Assembly (NCBI GenBank): GCA_965215005.1
Contig: CBDCCZ010000003.1
Coordinates: 160,001 to 224,000, forward strand
Length of the DNA: 64,000 bases
Direction of reading: 5' to 3'
Origin: Kofleriaceae bacterium
GTDB lineage: Bacteria > Myxococcota_A > Polyangia > Haliangiales > Haliangiaceae
Notes under the pieces: generated by a model
Databases searched by the model: none
What the model saw: only the letters and a program-made list of their open reading frames with translations
What the model was told of the DNA's origin: nothing
Shown here: piece after piece, positions 1-10,827 of the stretch
Layout: each line of letters begins with the position of its first letter
Position numbering within the stretch: the first letter of the stretch is position 1
Made by a program: the position numbers and the translations under genes

Positions 1-199
1 TGACTCTGTCCTGCGTTTCCGGCTTCGTCTGAGGCGTTCACCAGGGCAACGTTCGGGCCGGCACGCCCAAAGCCGCACGGCAGTTTCGATTTGGCACATG
101 CAGTGTATCTGAACAGAGCCGCGACCTTCGGCCCCTTCTCCCGCTGGAATCGAGCTGGTGACTTGCTGCGGTCAGCGTCTGTCGCCACACTCGCGCGAT

Positions 200-703
200 A
201 TGCAACGTGGGGAGCACTCGGTGAGCGCTGGCCGGCGCGGCTTTCTTGACACCCGCACCCTCGCCCTTGCTATCACCCTAATCGTGGGAGTGAGCACCGC
301 ATCGTGCCGATCGGAGCCGCCGCCGTCGCAGTCGAGCGTCGCTGCCACGCCCGCGCCGGCACCTCTGGAGCCCCCCTCGCCCGTCGCACCACGGGCCGTC
401 GACCTGGTCGAGCACGTGGAAGAACATCTGCGTATCGTCGAAGAGATGGCGGCGGCGGCCCAGTCCTATGGCTCGAACTGCCAACGCCTAGCAGCAGCGC
501 TGCAGGCCATCGCCAGCCGCCATACGCGTTACTTCGTCGATGCCGACCGCCTCGCGCTGGAACCCGAGGTCACCGCCAAGCTCGAAGTCTTGGCAGCGCC
601 ACTCGAGGAACGCAGCGAAGCGGCCATGCGCAAGCTCGAGGCGGCCCACGATTGCCTTGATGACGAGGCGGTCACGGCTGCGCTCGAGGCCATGCCCCTA
701 TGA
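200..703 (+). CDS. Hypothetical lipoprotein (helical, Pro-rich linker)
   Basis: Hydrophobic stretch ending STAS-C (lipobox-like), Pro-rich linker, helical domain with two Cys; start uncertain (158-221). Confidence 0.6.
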   Translation: MQRGEHSVSAGRRGFLDTRTLALAITLIVGVSTASCRSEPPPSQSSVAATPAPAPLEPPSPVAPRAVDLVEHVEEHLRIVEEMAAAAQSYGSNCQRLAAALQAIASRHTRYFVDADRLALEPEVTAKLEVLAAPLEERSEAAMRKLEAAHDCLDDEAVTAALEAMPL

Positions 704-717
704 AACGCGACGCGCTG

Positions 718-2127
<1,410 letters not shown>

Positions 2128-2303
2128 CTTAATCACGCCAGCAGGGGGAGCGGAAGGCGTGGCTCGCCTCATGGTTCGCTCATGGCTATCGGCGCAGGCC
2201 GACGACCACGTGATGATGTTGGGGCTGACTGCCGCGAGCGTCACGGTCTGCGGCGCTCATCGTTGACCCACCGCCGGTCAAGGTCGACACTGCGGGCCGG
2301 CGC

Positions 2304-2990
2304 ATGCTGTTTCGGCAACTCTTCGATCAGACCTCCTGCACCTACACCTATCTGCTTGCCGCGGATGGCGAAGCGCTGCTCATCGATCCGGTCAAGCAGC
2401 AGCTCGGCTGTTACCTGCGATTGCTCACCGAGCTCGAGCTGCGCCTAACCGCCGCCCTCGACACCCACGTCCACGCCGACCACGTCACCGCGCTCGGTGC
2501 CCTTCGCGAAGCGCTCGGCTGCACCACTCTCATGGGTGAGCAAAGTCGCGCCGATTGCGTATCACGCAAGCTCAAAGACGGCGATCGCATCTACGTTGCC
2601 GACCTCGAGCTGCGCGCGGTCTACACCCCCGGCCACACCGACGACAGCTACTCGTTCGTCATGAGCGACCGCGTGTTCACCGGCGACACCTTGCTGATCC
2701 GCGGCACCGGCCGCACCGACTTTCAAAACGGCGATCCCTACCGCCAGTATCACAGCTTGTTCGAGCGTCTGCTGCGGCTGCCCGCCGATACGCTGGTGTA
2801 TCCCGCCCATGATTATAAAGGATGGACGGTGAGCACCATTGGCGAAGAACGCGCGCACAATCCCCGGCTGCAGGTCGACTCCGCCGCCGACTACGCCAAG
2901 CTGATGCACGGGCTCGAGCTACCGCATCCGCGACTGATGGATATCGCCGTACCCGCCAACCTCAGCTGCGGCATGGACGAAACGTCCTGA
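2304..2990 (+). CDS. MBL-fold hydrolase, persulfide dioxygenase (ETHE1/SDO)-like
   Basis: MLFRQLFD start, [28 protein letters not shown]-terminal AVPANLSCG. Confidence 0.9.
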   Translation: MLFRQLFDQTSCTYTYLLAADGEALLIDPVKQQLGCYLRLLTELELRLTAALDTHVHADHVTALGALREALGCTTLMGEQSRADCVSRKLKDGDRIYVADLELRAVYTPGHTDDSYSFVMSDRVFTGDTLLIRGTGRTDFQNGDPYRQYHSLFERLLRLPADTLVYPAHDYKGWTVSTIGEERAHNPRLQVDSAADYAKLMHGLELPHPRLMDIAVPANLSCGMDETS

Positions 2991-3001
2991 GCCGAGCGTG
3001 T

Positions 3002-3030
3002 TTGACCACCTAGGAGCGGCAGTCTACCCT
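3002..3030 (+). promoter_or_regulatory. Sigma70-like promoter
   Basis: TTGACC (3002-3007), 17 bp, TACCCT (3025-3030); ATG at 3040. Confidence 0.45.
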
Positions 3031-3039
3031 CGTTGGGCC

Positions 3040-3336
3040 ATGGGCAAGTCGATCTCCCGCAACGATCCGTGCCCGTGTGGCAGCGGCAAGAAGTACAAAC
3101 ACTGCCACTATGGCAAGAACACCCTCGAGTCCACGGCTACGCGTTGGCTGCTGCCAGTCGTCGGCATCGCCGTCTCGGCAGCGCTTGGTATCTACATGGC
3201 GCTGCGCTACGACCTGAGCATTGGCGTCGGGTTCGGGGTCGGCGGGGTCATGGTTGTCGGCATCTTGCTCATCCTTCGCAACCCGCCACCACCGGGCGGC
3301 GGGGGCGATCCAGGCGCCATCAACTTCGGCGGCTAA
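3040..3336 (+). CDS. SEC-C zinc-binding motif protein with two TM helices
   Basis: [17 protein letters not shown] followed by two hydrophobic segments. Confidence 0.85.
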   Translation: MGKSISRNDPCPCGSGKKYKHCHYGKNTLESTATRWLLPVVGIAVSAALGIYMALRYDLSIGVGFGVGGVMVVGILLILRNPPPPGGGGDPGAINFGG

Positions 3337-3479
3337 CGCGGCTGGCAGCTCGCAGCGGCGAGCAACGTCTCCTTCCCGCAGCGCACAAAAAAAGCGCAGC
3401 TCGAGGGCGGGCGTGGGAATTTGACCGGCGGGGTCGCGGTTGACAGTCCTTGCAAACCGATGCGATCAGGGACGTTGAT

Positions 3480-4466
<987 letters not shown>

Positions 4467-4477
4467 CCGAGGCGCCG

Positions 4478-5461
4478 ATGCTGCCAGCGGAGATCGCAGA
4501 GCAGGTCAAGCGCGTCCAGCTGCAGACCGGACGCCACGTCGCCGACGTGCTCGCCGGTCACTATCTATCGGTGTTCAAAGGCCGCGGCATGGAGTTCGAC
4601 GAGGTGCGCCCGTACGTTCCCGGGGATGACGTTCGCACCATCGACTGGAACGTCACGGCGCGCATGGGCGAGCCCTATATCAAGCGGTATGTCGAAGAGC
4701 GCGAGCTCACGGTCATGTTGCTGGTCGACGTCTCCGCCTCGCTCGACTTTGGCTCGGCGCGCCGCTCCAAACGCGAGGCCGCGGTCGAGCTGTCGGCGTT
4801 GCTGGCGTTCTCGGCAATCCACAACCACGACAAGGTCGGGTTGCTCTTGTTCCACGGTGCCGCCGAAGAATACATTCCGCCACGCAGCGGCCAAAAACAC
4901 GCTCTCCGGGTGATTCGCGAGGTTTTAGCTCGCGGCCGTGAAGACGCCCCCGCGCCTCCGCAGCGGCGTTTCAACCCGTTTGGCTTGCCGCGCGAGATCC
5001 TGTCGCGGTTTCGCCAACTCAAGGCGCAGTCGCGGCGTGAGCCGCGGCGGGCTACCAATATCGCCCATGCGTTGGATTTCTGCCGGCGCGTGCTGCCGCG
5101 TCGAACCGTGCTGTTCTTGATTAGCGACTTTTTGGACGACGGCTATCTCGACATCCTGCGCAGCGCCAATCGCCGCCACGACGTGGTCTCGGTGCTAGTG
5201 ACCGATGAGCGCGAGCTAGCGATGCCAGGCGCTGGACTCATCACGTTAGAAGACGCCGAGTCGGGCTCGACACGGCTCATCGACTCGCAGTCGAGCGAGT
5301 TTCGCCAGGCGCTTGCAGCGGGAGCCAGCGCACGCATCGAAGGGCTCGCGAGCAGCCTGCGCGCCTCGCGCGTCGACATGATGCGCATCGACGCCACGCG
5401 TCCCACCATCGACCCACTGCTCGAGTTCTTTCGCATGCGAGAAAAGAGGCTGCGCCGGTGA
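4478..5461 (+). CDS. DUF58 domain protein
   Basis: GRGMEFDEVRPYVPGDDVRTIDWNVTAR, DVSAS, ISDF; follows moxR. Confidence 0.93.
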   Translation: MLPAEIAEQVKRVQLQTGRHVADVLAGHYLSVFKGRGMEFDEVRPYVPGDDVRTIDWNVTARMGEPYIKRYVEERELTVMLLVDVSASLDFGSARRSKREAAVELSALLAFSAIHNHDKVGLLLFHGAAEEYIPPRSGQKHALRVIREVLARGREDAPAPPQRRFNPFGLPREILSRFRQLKAQSRREPRRATNIAHALDFCRRVLPRRTVLFLISDFLDDGYLDILRSANRRHDVVSVLVTDERELAMPGAGLITLEDAESGSTRLIDSQSSEFRQALAAGASARIEGLASSLRASRVDMMRIDATRPTIDPLLEFFRMREKRLRR

Positions 5462-6456
5462 AGTCATTGCTTGCAATGATCGCTCTTGCCATCGCGGTAG
5501 CCGGCTGCGATGCGCCGGCGCCCACAGCGACCCCCGAGGTTGCCGATGACGCCCTCACGTCAACCGCCGAGCTCGGACCGGTGCGAGCCACACTCGAGCT
5601 GCGGCCGAAGGAGCCGCGCCTGGGCGATGTGCTCACGCTTTCGCTCGTGGTCACAGCCGAGGCCGGGATCGAGGTCACGATGCCCGACTTCGGCGAGGCG
5701 CTGGGCCGCTTTAGCATCGTCTCGTTCGAGCCGCGAGAGCGGCACCAGGCTGGCCAAACCGTGCATGAACAGGTCTATGGGCTGCAACCGCCGATGAGCG
5801 GACCTCAACGCATTCCGCCGCTGCGCGTCGAGTTTGTCGATAAACGCAAACGCGCGGGAAAAAAGCAACTCGAGTCGCGCGAGCTGTTGACCGATGAGCT
5901 GGCCGTCAACGTGGCGTCGGTTCTTCCCGAAGGCGAGGTGACGAGCGAGCTGCGCGCGGCGCGGGACTCACTCGGGCCGCGCAACCAAACTCTGCTGCTT
6001 CGCTTCTGGTGGGCGTTTCTGGCCGCCGGCGTCGTTTTGGGTGGCGCGGTGATGGCGCTACTGCGCTGGCGTTCGAGTCGCGCGCAGATCGCCAAAGTCG
6101 ATGCGTACCAGGCGGCGATGCAGCGACTCGCGGTGCTAGAGGCGCGTGGATTGCCCACCGGCGAGACCGCCGATGCTTGGTACGTCGAGCTCTCGAGCAT
6201 CGTCCGTCGCTATCTCGAAGATCGGTATCGCGTCCGCGCTCCAGAGCTCACCACCGAAGAGTTCCTGCTAGAAGCGCAGCGCTCGCGCGAGCTTACCGGC
6301 GAGCATCGCGCGCTGTTGGCTTCGTTCTTGACGATCTGCGACCGAGTGAAGTTTGCCGGTCACGAGCCCAACGAGTCGGAATCGAGCGAAGCGCTCACCG
6401 CGGCGCGGCGATTTCTCTCCGAAACCCGTGCAACTGCGGCGCAGGAGGCAGCGTGA
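5458..6456 (+). CDS. Bat-operon lipoprotein/membrane protein (DUF4381-like C-terminus)
   Basis: Lipobox AVAG-C, Ig-like region, TM helix, LSSIVRRYLEDRY...TTEEFL...DRVKFA motif typical of this operon position. Confidence 0.75.
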   Translation: MKSLLAMIALAIAVAGCDAPAPTATPEVADDALTSTAELGPVRATLELRPKEPRLGDVLTLSLVVTAEAGIEVTMPDFGEALGRFSIVSFEPRERHQAGQTVHEQVYGLQPPMSGPQRIPPLRVEFVDKRKRAGKKQLESRELLTDELAVNVASVLPEGEVTSELRAARDSLGPRNQTLLLRFWWAFLAAGVVLGGAVMALLRWRSSRAQIAKVDAYQAAMQRLAVLEARGLPTGETADAWYVELSSIVRRYLEDRYRVRAPELTTEEFLLEAQRSRELTGEHRALLASFLTICDRVKFAGHEPNESESSEALTAARRFLSETRATAAQEAA

Positions 6457-7487
6457 TGCAGCTCTTCGGCGTTGGTTTTCGCCACCCGTGGCTGCTGCTC
6501 ACCGCGCTCTTGGCGTTGCCCGTGTTCTATTGGAGCTATCGGGCCTCTGCGCGGGTACTGTTTTCCTCGCTAGCAGCGCTGCCCACCCGCGGCTCGACCT
6601 GGCGCACGGCATTGTCGTGGGTGCCGGCGGCCCTGCTCGCGATCGCGACGCTGGCCTTGGCCGTAGCCCTCGCGGGACCGCGCACTGCGACCGACCTCCG
6701 TCGGATACGCCGCGAAGGCATCGCCATCATGATGGTGGTAGACATCTCGGGCTCGATGCGCGCGCTCGATCTCGCGCGCGATGGCAACAAAGACACCCGG
6801 CTCGATGCCGTGAAGCGAGTATTCGAAGACTTCGTGCTCGGCGGCAACGGACTGCCCGGCCGCCCCAACGATGCCATCGGCATCGTGAGCTTTGCCGGGT
6901 ACGCCGACACCCGCGCGCCGCTTACGCTCGATCACGAGCAGGTCGCCGAGATCGCCAAGCGACTGCGAATCGTCACCGATCGCTCCGAAGACGGCACCGC
7001 ACTCGGCGATGGCCTCGGGTTGGCCGTCGAGCGACTGCACCGCTCCAAGGCGCGCTCGAAGATCGCCATCGTGCTCACCGACGGCGTCAACAACGCCGGC
7101 GAGCTGACGCCGAGCGCGGCGGCTCAGCTGGCCAAGAAGAAAGGCATCAAGGTCTACACCATCGGCGCGGGCACCACTGGGATGGCGCCGATCGAGGTGC
7201 CTGATCCGTTCACCGGTCGCCCAACCATGCAGGCGGTGCCGGTAGAGATCGACGAGGCGACGCTGCAGGAGATCGCCGCTGAAACCAACGGCCAATACTT
7301 CCGCGCAAGCGATGCCGAGGCGTTGGCGCAGGTCTATCGCGAAATCGATTCACTCGAGCGCAGTGAGCTCGGCGAAGAACGAGAAACCGAGTACCACGAG
7401 CTCTACGCGCTGCCGCTGGGGCTCGGGCTGGCGCTGGCGTGCCTTGGCTGGCTCGCCCAGCTCACGGTGTTCAGGAGGCTGCCGTGA
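6456..7487 (+). CDS. batA: BatA-like VWA domain membrane protein
   Basis: N-terminal FxxPxxL TM segment, MIDAS DISGSM, GTALGDGL, LTDG, C-terminal TM then RRLP. Confidence 0.85.
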   Translation: MQLFGVGFRHPWLLLTALLALPVFYWSYRASARVLFSSLAALPTRGSTWRTALSWVPAALLAIATLALAVALAGPRTATDLRRIRREGIAIMMVVDISGSMRALDLARDGNKDTRLDAVKRVFEDFVLGGNGLPGRPNDAIGIVSFAGYADTRAPLTLDHEQVAEIAKRLRIVTDRSEDGTALGDGLGLAVERLHRSKARSKIAIVLTDGVNNAGELTPSAAAQLAKKKGIKVYTIGAGTTGMAPIEVPDPFTGRPTMQAVPVEIDEATLQEIAAETNGQYFRASDAEALAQVYREIDSLERSELGEERETEYHELYALPLGLGLALACLGWLAQLTVFRRLP

Positions 7488-8515
7488 TGAGCGCAATCTA
7501 TTTCGCCGAGCCGCAATGGGTTCATCTCATTTGGCTCGCAGCGGCATTGGTTGCGGTCTTCGGATGGCTAGAGCTGCGCCATCGCGAAGCCCTCGGTCGC
7601 TTCATCTCTTCGCTGATGGCGCGCCGGCTAGCGCGGGCACCGAGTCGCGGCGCGCGCATTGCGCGGCTGATCCTCATCGCGACGACGCTGCTGTTTGGCA
7701 TCTTGGCGCTGATGCGTCCGCAGACCGCCGGGGCGCCACGCAGCATCGCCGGAACCCGCGTATCGGGCGACGTGATGATCGTGCTCGACACCTCGCGCAG
7801 CATGCTCGCGGGTGACGCGGCGCCCTCGCGCCTGGCGCGCGCCAAAGCCGAGATTGCCGACCTGGCGGGACGCCTGGAGGAGCATCGCGTCGGGCTCGTC
7901 GCCTTTGCTGGCCGCGCAGCGGTGCTCGCGCCGCCGACCACCGATGATCAATTCTTTCGCATGGTGCTTCGCGAGGTCGATACCAGCACGGTGTCGCGAG
8001 GCGGCACCAACATCGGTCAGGCGCTGCGAGTCGCGGTAGAAGAGCTCGGACCAGGAGATGGCGCCAAGCTAATCGTGCTCATCACCGATGGCGAGGACCA
8101 CGACTCGCTTCCGCTCGATGCTGCCAAGGGAGCTCTCGAGGCCGGAATTCGGGTGGTAACCATCGGCTTTGGCAGCGAGACCGGCAGCGAGCTCTTCGAG
8201 GTCGATCCGCAGACCGGGGCACGCCGGCCGATTACCGACGCCAGCGGCGCGCCGGTAGTCTCACGACTCGATGGCGCGCTGCTTCGCGACATCGCCCGCA
8301 TCACCGAAGGCGCCTACATTCCCGCCGGCACCGCGGTGCTCGACCTCGAGTCGATCGTCAAGCGACACATCGAGCCGCTGGTGCGAGAAGCTGGCACCGA
8401 GCGCACCCGCACGATTCCCGGCGAGCAGTATCCATGGGCAGTGCTCGTCGCGCTGGCGTCGCTAGTAGCGGCGGTGTACGCCGGCAGCCGCAGCCGCGGC
8501 AGGAGGGCCCTTTGA
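7487..8515 (+). CDS. batB: BatB-like VWA domain membrane protein
   Basis: DTSRSMLA, PSRLARAK, GLVAFAG, GTNIG, ITDGED; coupled to batA. Confidence 0.85.
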   Translation: MSAIYFAEPQWVHLIWLAAALVAVFGWLELRHREALGRFISSLMARRLARAPSRGARIARLILIATTLLFGILALMRPQTAGAPRSIAGTRVSGDVMIVLDTSRSMLAGDAAPSRLARAKAEIADLAGRLEEHRVGLVAFAGRAAVLAPPTTDDQFFRMVLREVDTSTVSRGGTNIGQALRVAVEELGPGDGAKLIVLITDGEDHDSLPLDAAKGALEAGIRVVTIGFGSETGSELFEVDPQTGARRPITDASGAPVVSRLDGALLRDIARITEGAYIPAGTAVLDLESIVKRHIEPLVREAGTERTRTIPGEQYPWAVLVALASLVAAVYAGSRSRGRRAL

Positions 8516-10827
8516 TCCCACGTTTGACGGTGTTATGTGCGCTTGCCGCGGTGCTGGGCTGCAGCGATCCTGGCGCCAGCGATGCAGCGCGTACGCAATA
8601 CAATGAGGGCGTTGGCGCGTTGGCCGCGGGCGACCCGATTGCAGCACGATCGGCGCTACTGGCGGCGCGCGATGACGCCGGCGCCGATAGCGAGCTGCGC
8701 TATCGGGCCGCGTTCAATCTCGGGCTCACGTACGCTACCGAGGCGGCCGGGCTGGAGAAGAGCGAGCCGGAGCAAGCATTGGAAGCCTTGGGTCACGCCG
8801 CGGCGTGGTTTCGCGATGCGAGTAGCTTGCGTCCCGAAGATGACGACGCGCGCGCGAACCTAGAAGTCGTGTTGCGTCGCCGCCAGGTACTCGCCGATCA
8901 GCTCAATGACGGCAAGGCGTTGGCAGCACGGCTCGCGCGAGTGATCGAAGACGAGCGTGCCCTGCGCGATCAGCTCCGCGCACTGCTAAGCCAACTCAAA
9001 GCCGCCGGCGCCACTGCCGAGCCAGCGGCGTTTGCTTCCTCGTTCGAGGCACTCGCAACCCAGCAGCGGGTCCTGCGTGGCGACGCCGGCACCGTGTGGG
9101 ACCTGGCCAGCGCCGAGCTCGGCAATCTCTCGGCGAAGCCCGAGCAGGAGCAGACGGAGATCGACCGGGCGCGGGCGATAGCTCTCGAGCGGCTCACGCC
9201 GTATCTCGAACAGGCGCGGCAAGCCATGGAAACCACGCGAAGTCAGCTTCGCCAGTTGAACGTGGAAACCGCCCACGATGAGAGTGACGAAGCACTGGAG
9301 AAGCTCAAGCGCGCCTATGAGCAGCTCATGGATCCCGTGCAGCTGCTGCGCAGCTTGGTGGGCGAAGAAGATCAACTCGCGCGCCACACCACCCTCTTGA
9401 GCGCGCTCCGAGGTGGCGGCTTGCGGCTCGACGATGCCGCGCCGCCGCAGGAGGCGCCGCCGTGGCTCACCGGTGAGCGGCTTGCCTCGCAGCAACAGCG
9501 GCTCGAGGAGCGCACGAGCGAGCTGCAAGCGCGGCTCGCAGCGGGCGCGAGCGCCGAGCCCCCAGAAGACGCGCCACCCGAGCAGGTGCGGCTGATTGCT
9601 GCCGCCGCTGAAGCAGCGCCGCTGGTGAGCCAGGCGAGCTCGCAGATGCAAGCCGCGGCCACCGCGTTGAATGGCGGCGAGCTCGACGTCGCTGCCAAAC
9701 ACGAGACGGCGGCCATCGAGGCGCTACTAGCGGCCGCCGAGCGCTTTGCCGATATTCGCGCGCTCATCGAGCTAGCGCATGCCGACCAGCAGGCGGTCAT
9801 CGCACTGTTAACGCCGCCGAGCCAGCTCGAGCTCGGCGACGATGCCGCTCGCGTATTGACCGAGATGAGCACCGCCGAGCGCGCTGAGCTGCTCACCACC
9901 AAGGTGCGGAGTAACCAGGACCGCATGACCAAGCTCGAGGCGCTATTTGCCAGCGAGGTCGAGAAACTGGCCGCACCGACGCCAGCGGACCCGGCGCAGC
10001 CGCAAGCTGCGCAAAACCCCGAGCAGCTCGAGGCCGAGCGCGAGCGTCTGCGGCTCGCCGAAGAGCATCGCGTCGCCGCCAGCGCCGCGCTCACGACGCT
10101 AGCTGAAATTCTGGCCCGGTCGGCCAAAGGGGCGCTGCCGCCGGCGCAGACCGCCGGCGAGCACCTCGAAGAGCTACGACGGCTGTGGTTTAGCATCGTC
10201 GAGCACCTCGAAGAGCTGCGCGATCGCCAGGCGCAGACCTATGATGCGACCTCGACGGCGCAAGCTTCCGGGGGAATCGATCAGCGCGCGGAGCTCGGCG
10301 CACCTGCCGATGCGCAACGGCAGCACCTCGCGCGAGCAACGCCGCTGGCAGCGGCGCTGGAGGAGCAGGCCGATCGAGCAGCGGCCGCGTCCGAAGAAGC
10401 GGCGCGCGCTCAAGCCGAGAAACTGGGGCAAGCGGCAGAGCTGGTGCGAAGCGCCGAGGGCGAGATCAACGTCGCCGCCGAGGTGCTCGGCACGGCGGTC
10501 GATGAGACCGTCGCGGAGTCGGTGGAGCTCGAACCGGCGCTCGAGGCGCAGCGCAACGCCATGCAGCACCTCGACGAAGCGATCGCCCTGCTCAAGCCAC
10601 CGCCGCAAAATCAGCAGGATCAGCAGGACCAAGACCAGAACCAGCAGCAAACGCAGCAGGACCAAGACCAGAACCAGCAGCAAAAACAGCAAGACCAGGC
10701 GCAAGAGGTGTCGCAGCAGCAAGCCGAGCGCCAGCTGCAAGCGATTCGCGATCGCGAAGCCGCGCGCAAGCGCAGCGAAGAACAGCGCCAGCGCGCGCCG
10801 CGCGAGCCGGTCGCCAAGGATTGGTAA
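8512..10827 (+). CDS. Expanded BatC-like protein: TPR, long helical bundle and Q-rich linker
   Basis: TTG start overlapping previous stop, lipobox VLG-C, YNEG/FNLG/DARANLE TPR motifs, Q/D-rich linker, C-terminal KDW as in BatC. Confidence 0.75.
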   Translation: MIPRLTVLCALAAVLGCSDPGASDAARTQYNEGVGALAAGDPIAARSALLAARDDAGADSELRYRAAFNLGLTYATEAAGLEKSEPEQALEALGHAAAWFRDASSLRPEDDDARANLEVVLRRRQVLADQLNDGKALAARLARVIEDERALRDQLRALLSQLKAAGATAEPAAFASSFEALATQQRVLRGDAGTVWDLASAELGNLSAKPEQEQTEIDRARAIALERLTPYLEQARQAMETTRSQLRQLNVETAHDESDEALEKLKRAYEQLMDPVQLLRSLVGEEDQLARHTTLLSALRGGGLRLDDAAPPQEAPPWLTGERLASQQQRLEERTSELQARLAAGASAEPPEDAPPEQVRLIAAAAEAAPLVSQASSQMQAAATALNGGELDVAAKHETAAIEALLAAAERFADIRALIELAHADQQAVIALLTPPSQLELGDDAARVLTEMSTAERAELLTTKVRSNQDRMTKLEALFASEVEKLAAPTPADPAQPQAAQNPEQLEAERERLRLAEEHRVAASAALTTLAEILARSAKGALPPAQTAGEHLEELRRLWFSIVEHLEELRDRQAQTYDATSTAQASGGIDQRAELGAPADAQRQHLARATPLAAALEEQADRAAAASEEAARAQAEKLGQAAELVRSAEGEINVAAEVLGTAVDETVAESVELEPALEAQRNAMQHLDEAIALLKPPPQNQQDQQDQDQNQQQTQQDQDQNQQQKQQDQAQEVSQQQAERQLQAIRDREAARKRSEEQRQRAPREPVAKDW
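10621..10684 (+). repeat. 33-bp-period coding tandem duplication (QQDQDQNQQQ)
   Basis: cagcaggaccaagaccagaaccagcagcaaa at 10621 and 10654. Confidence 0.85.
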
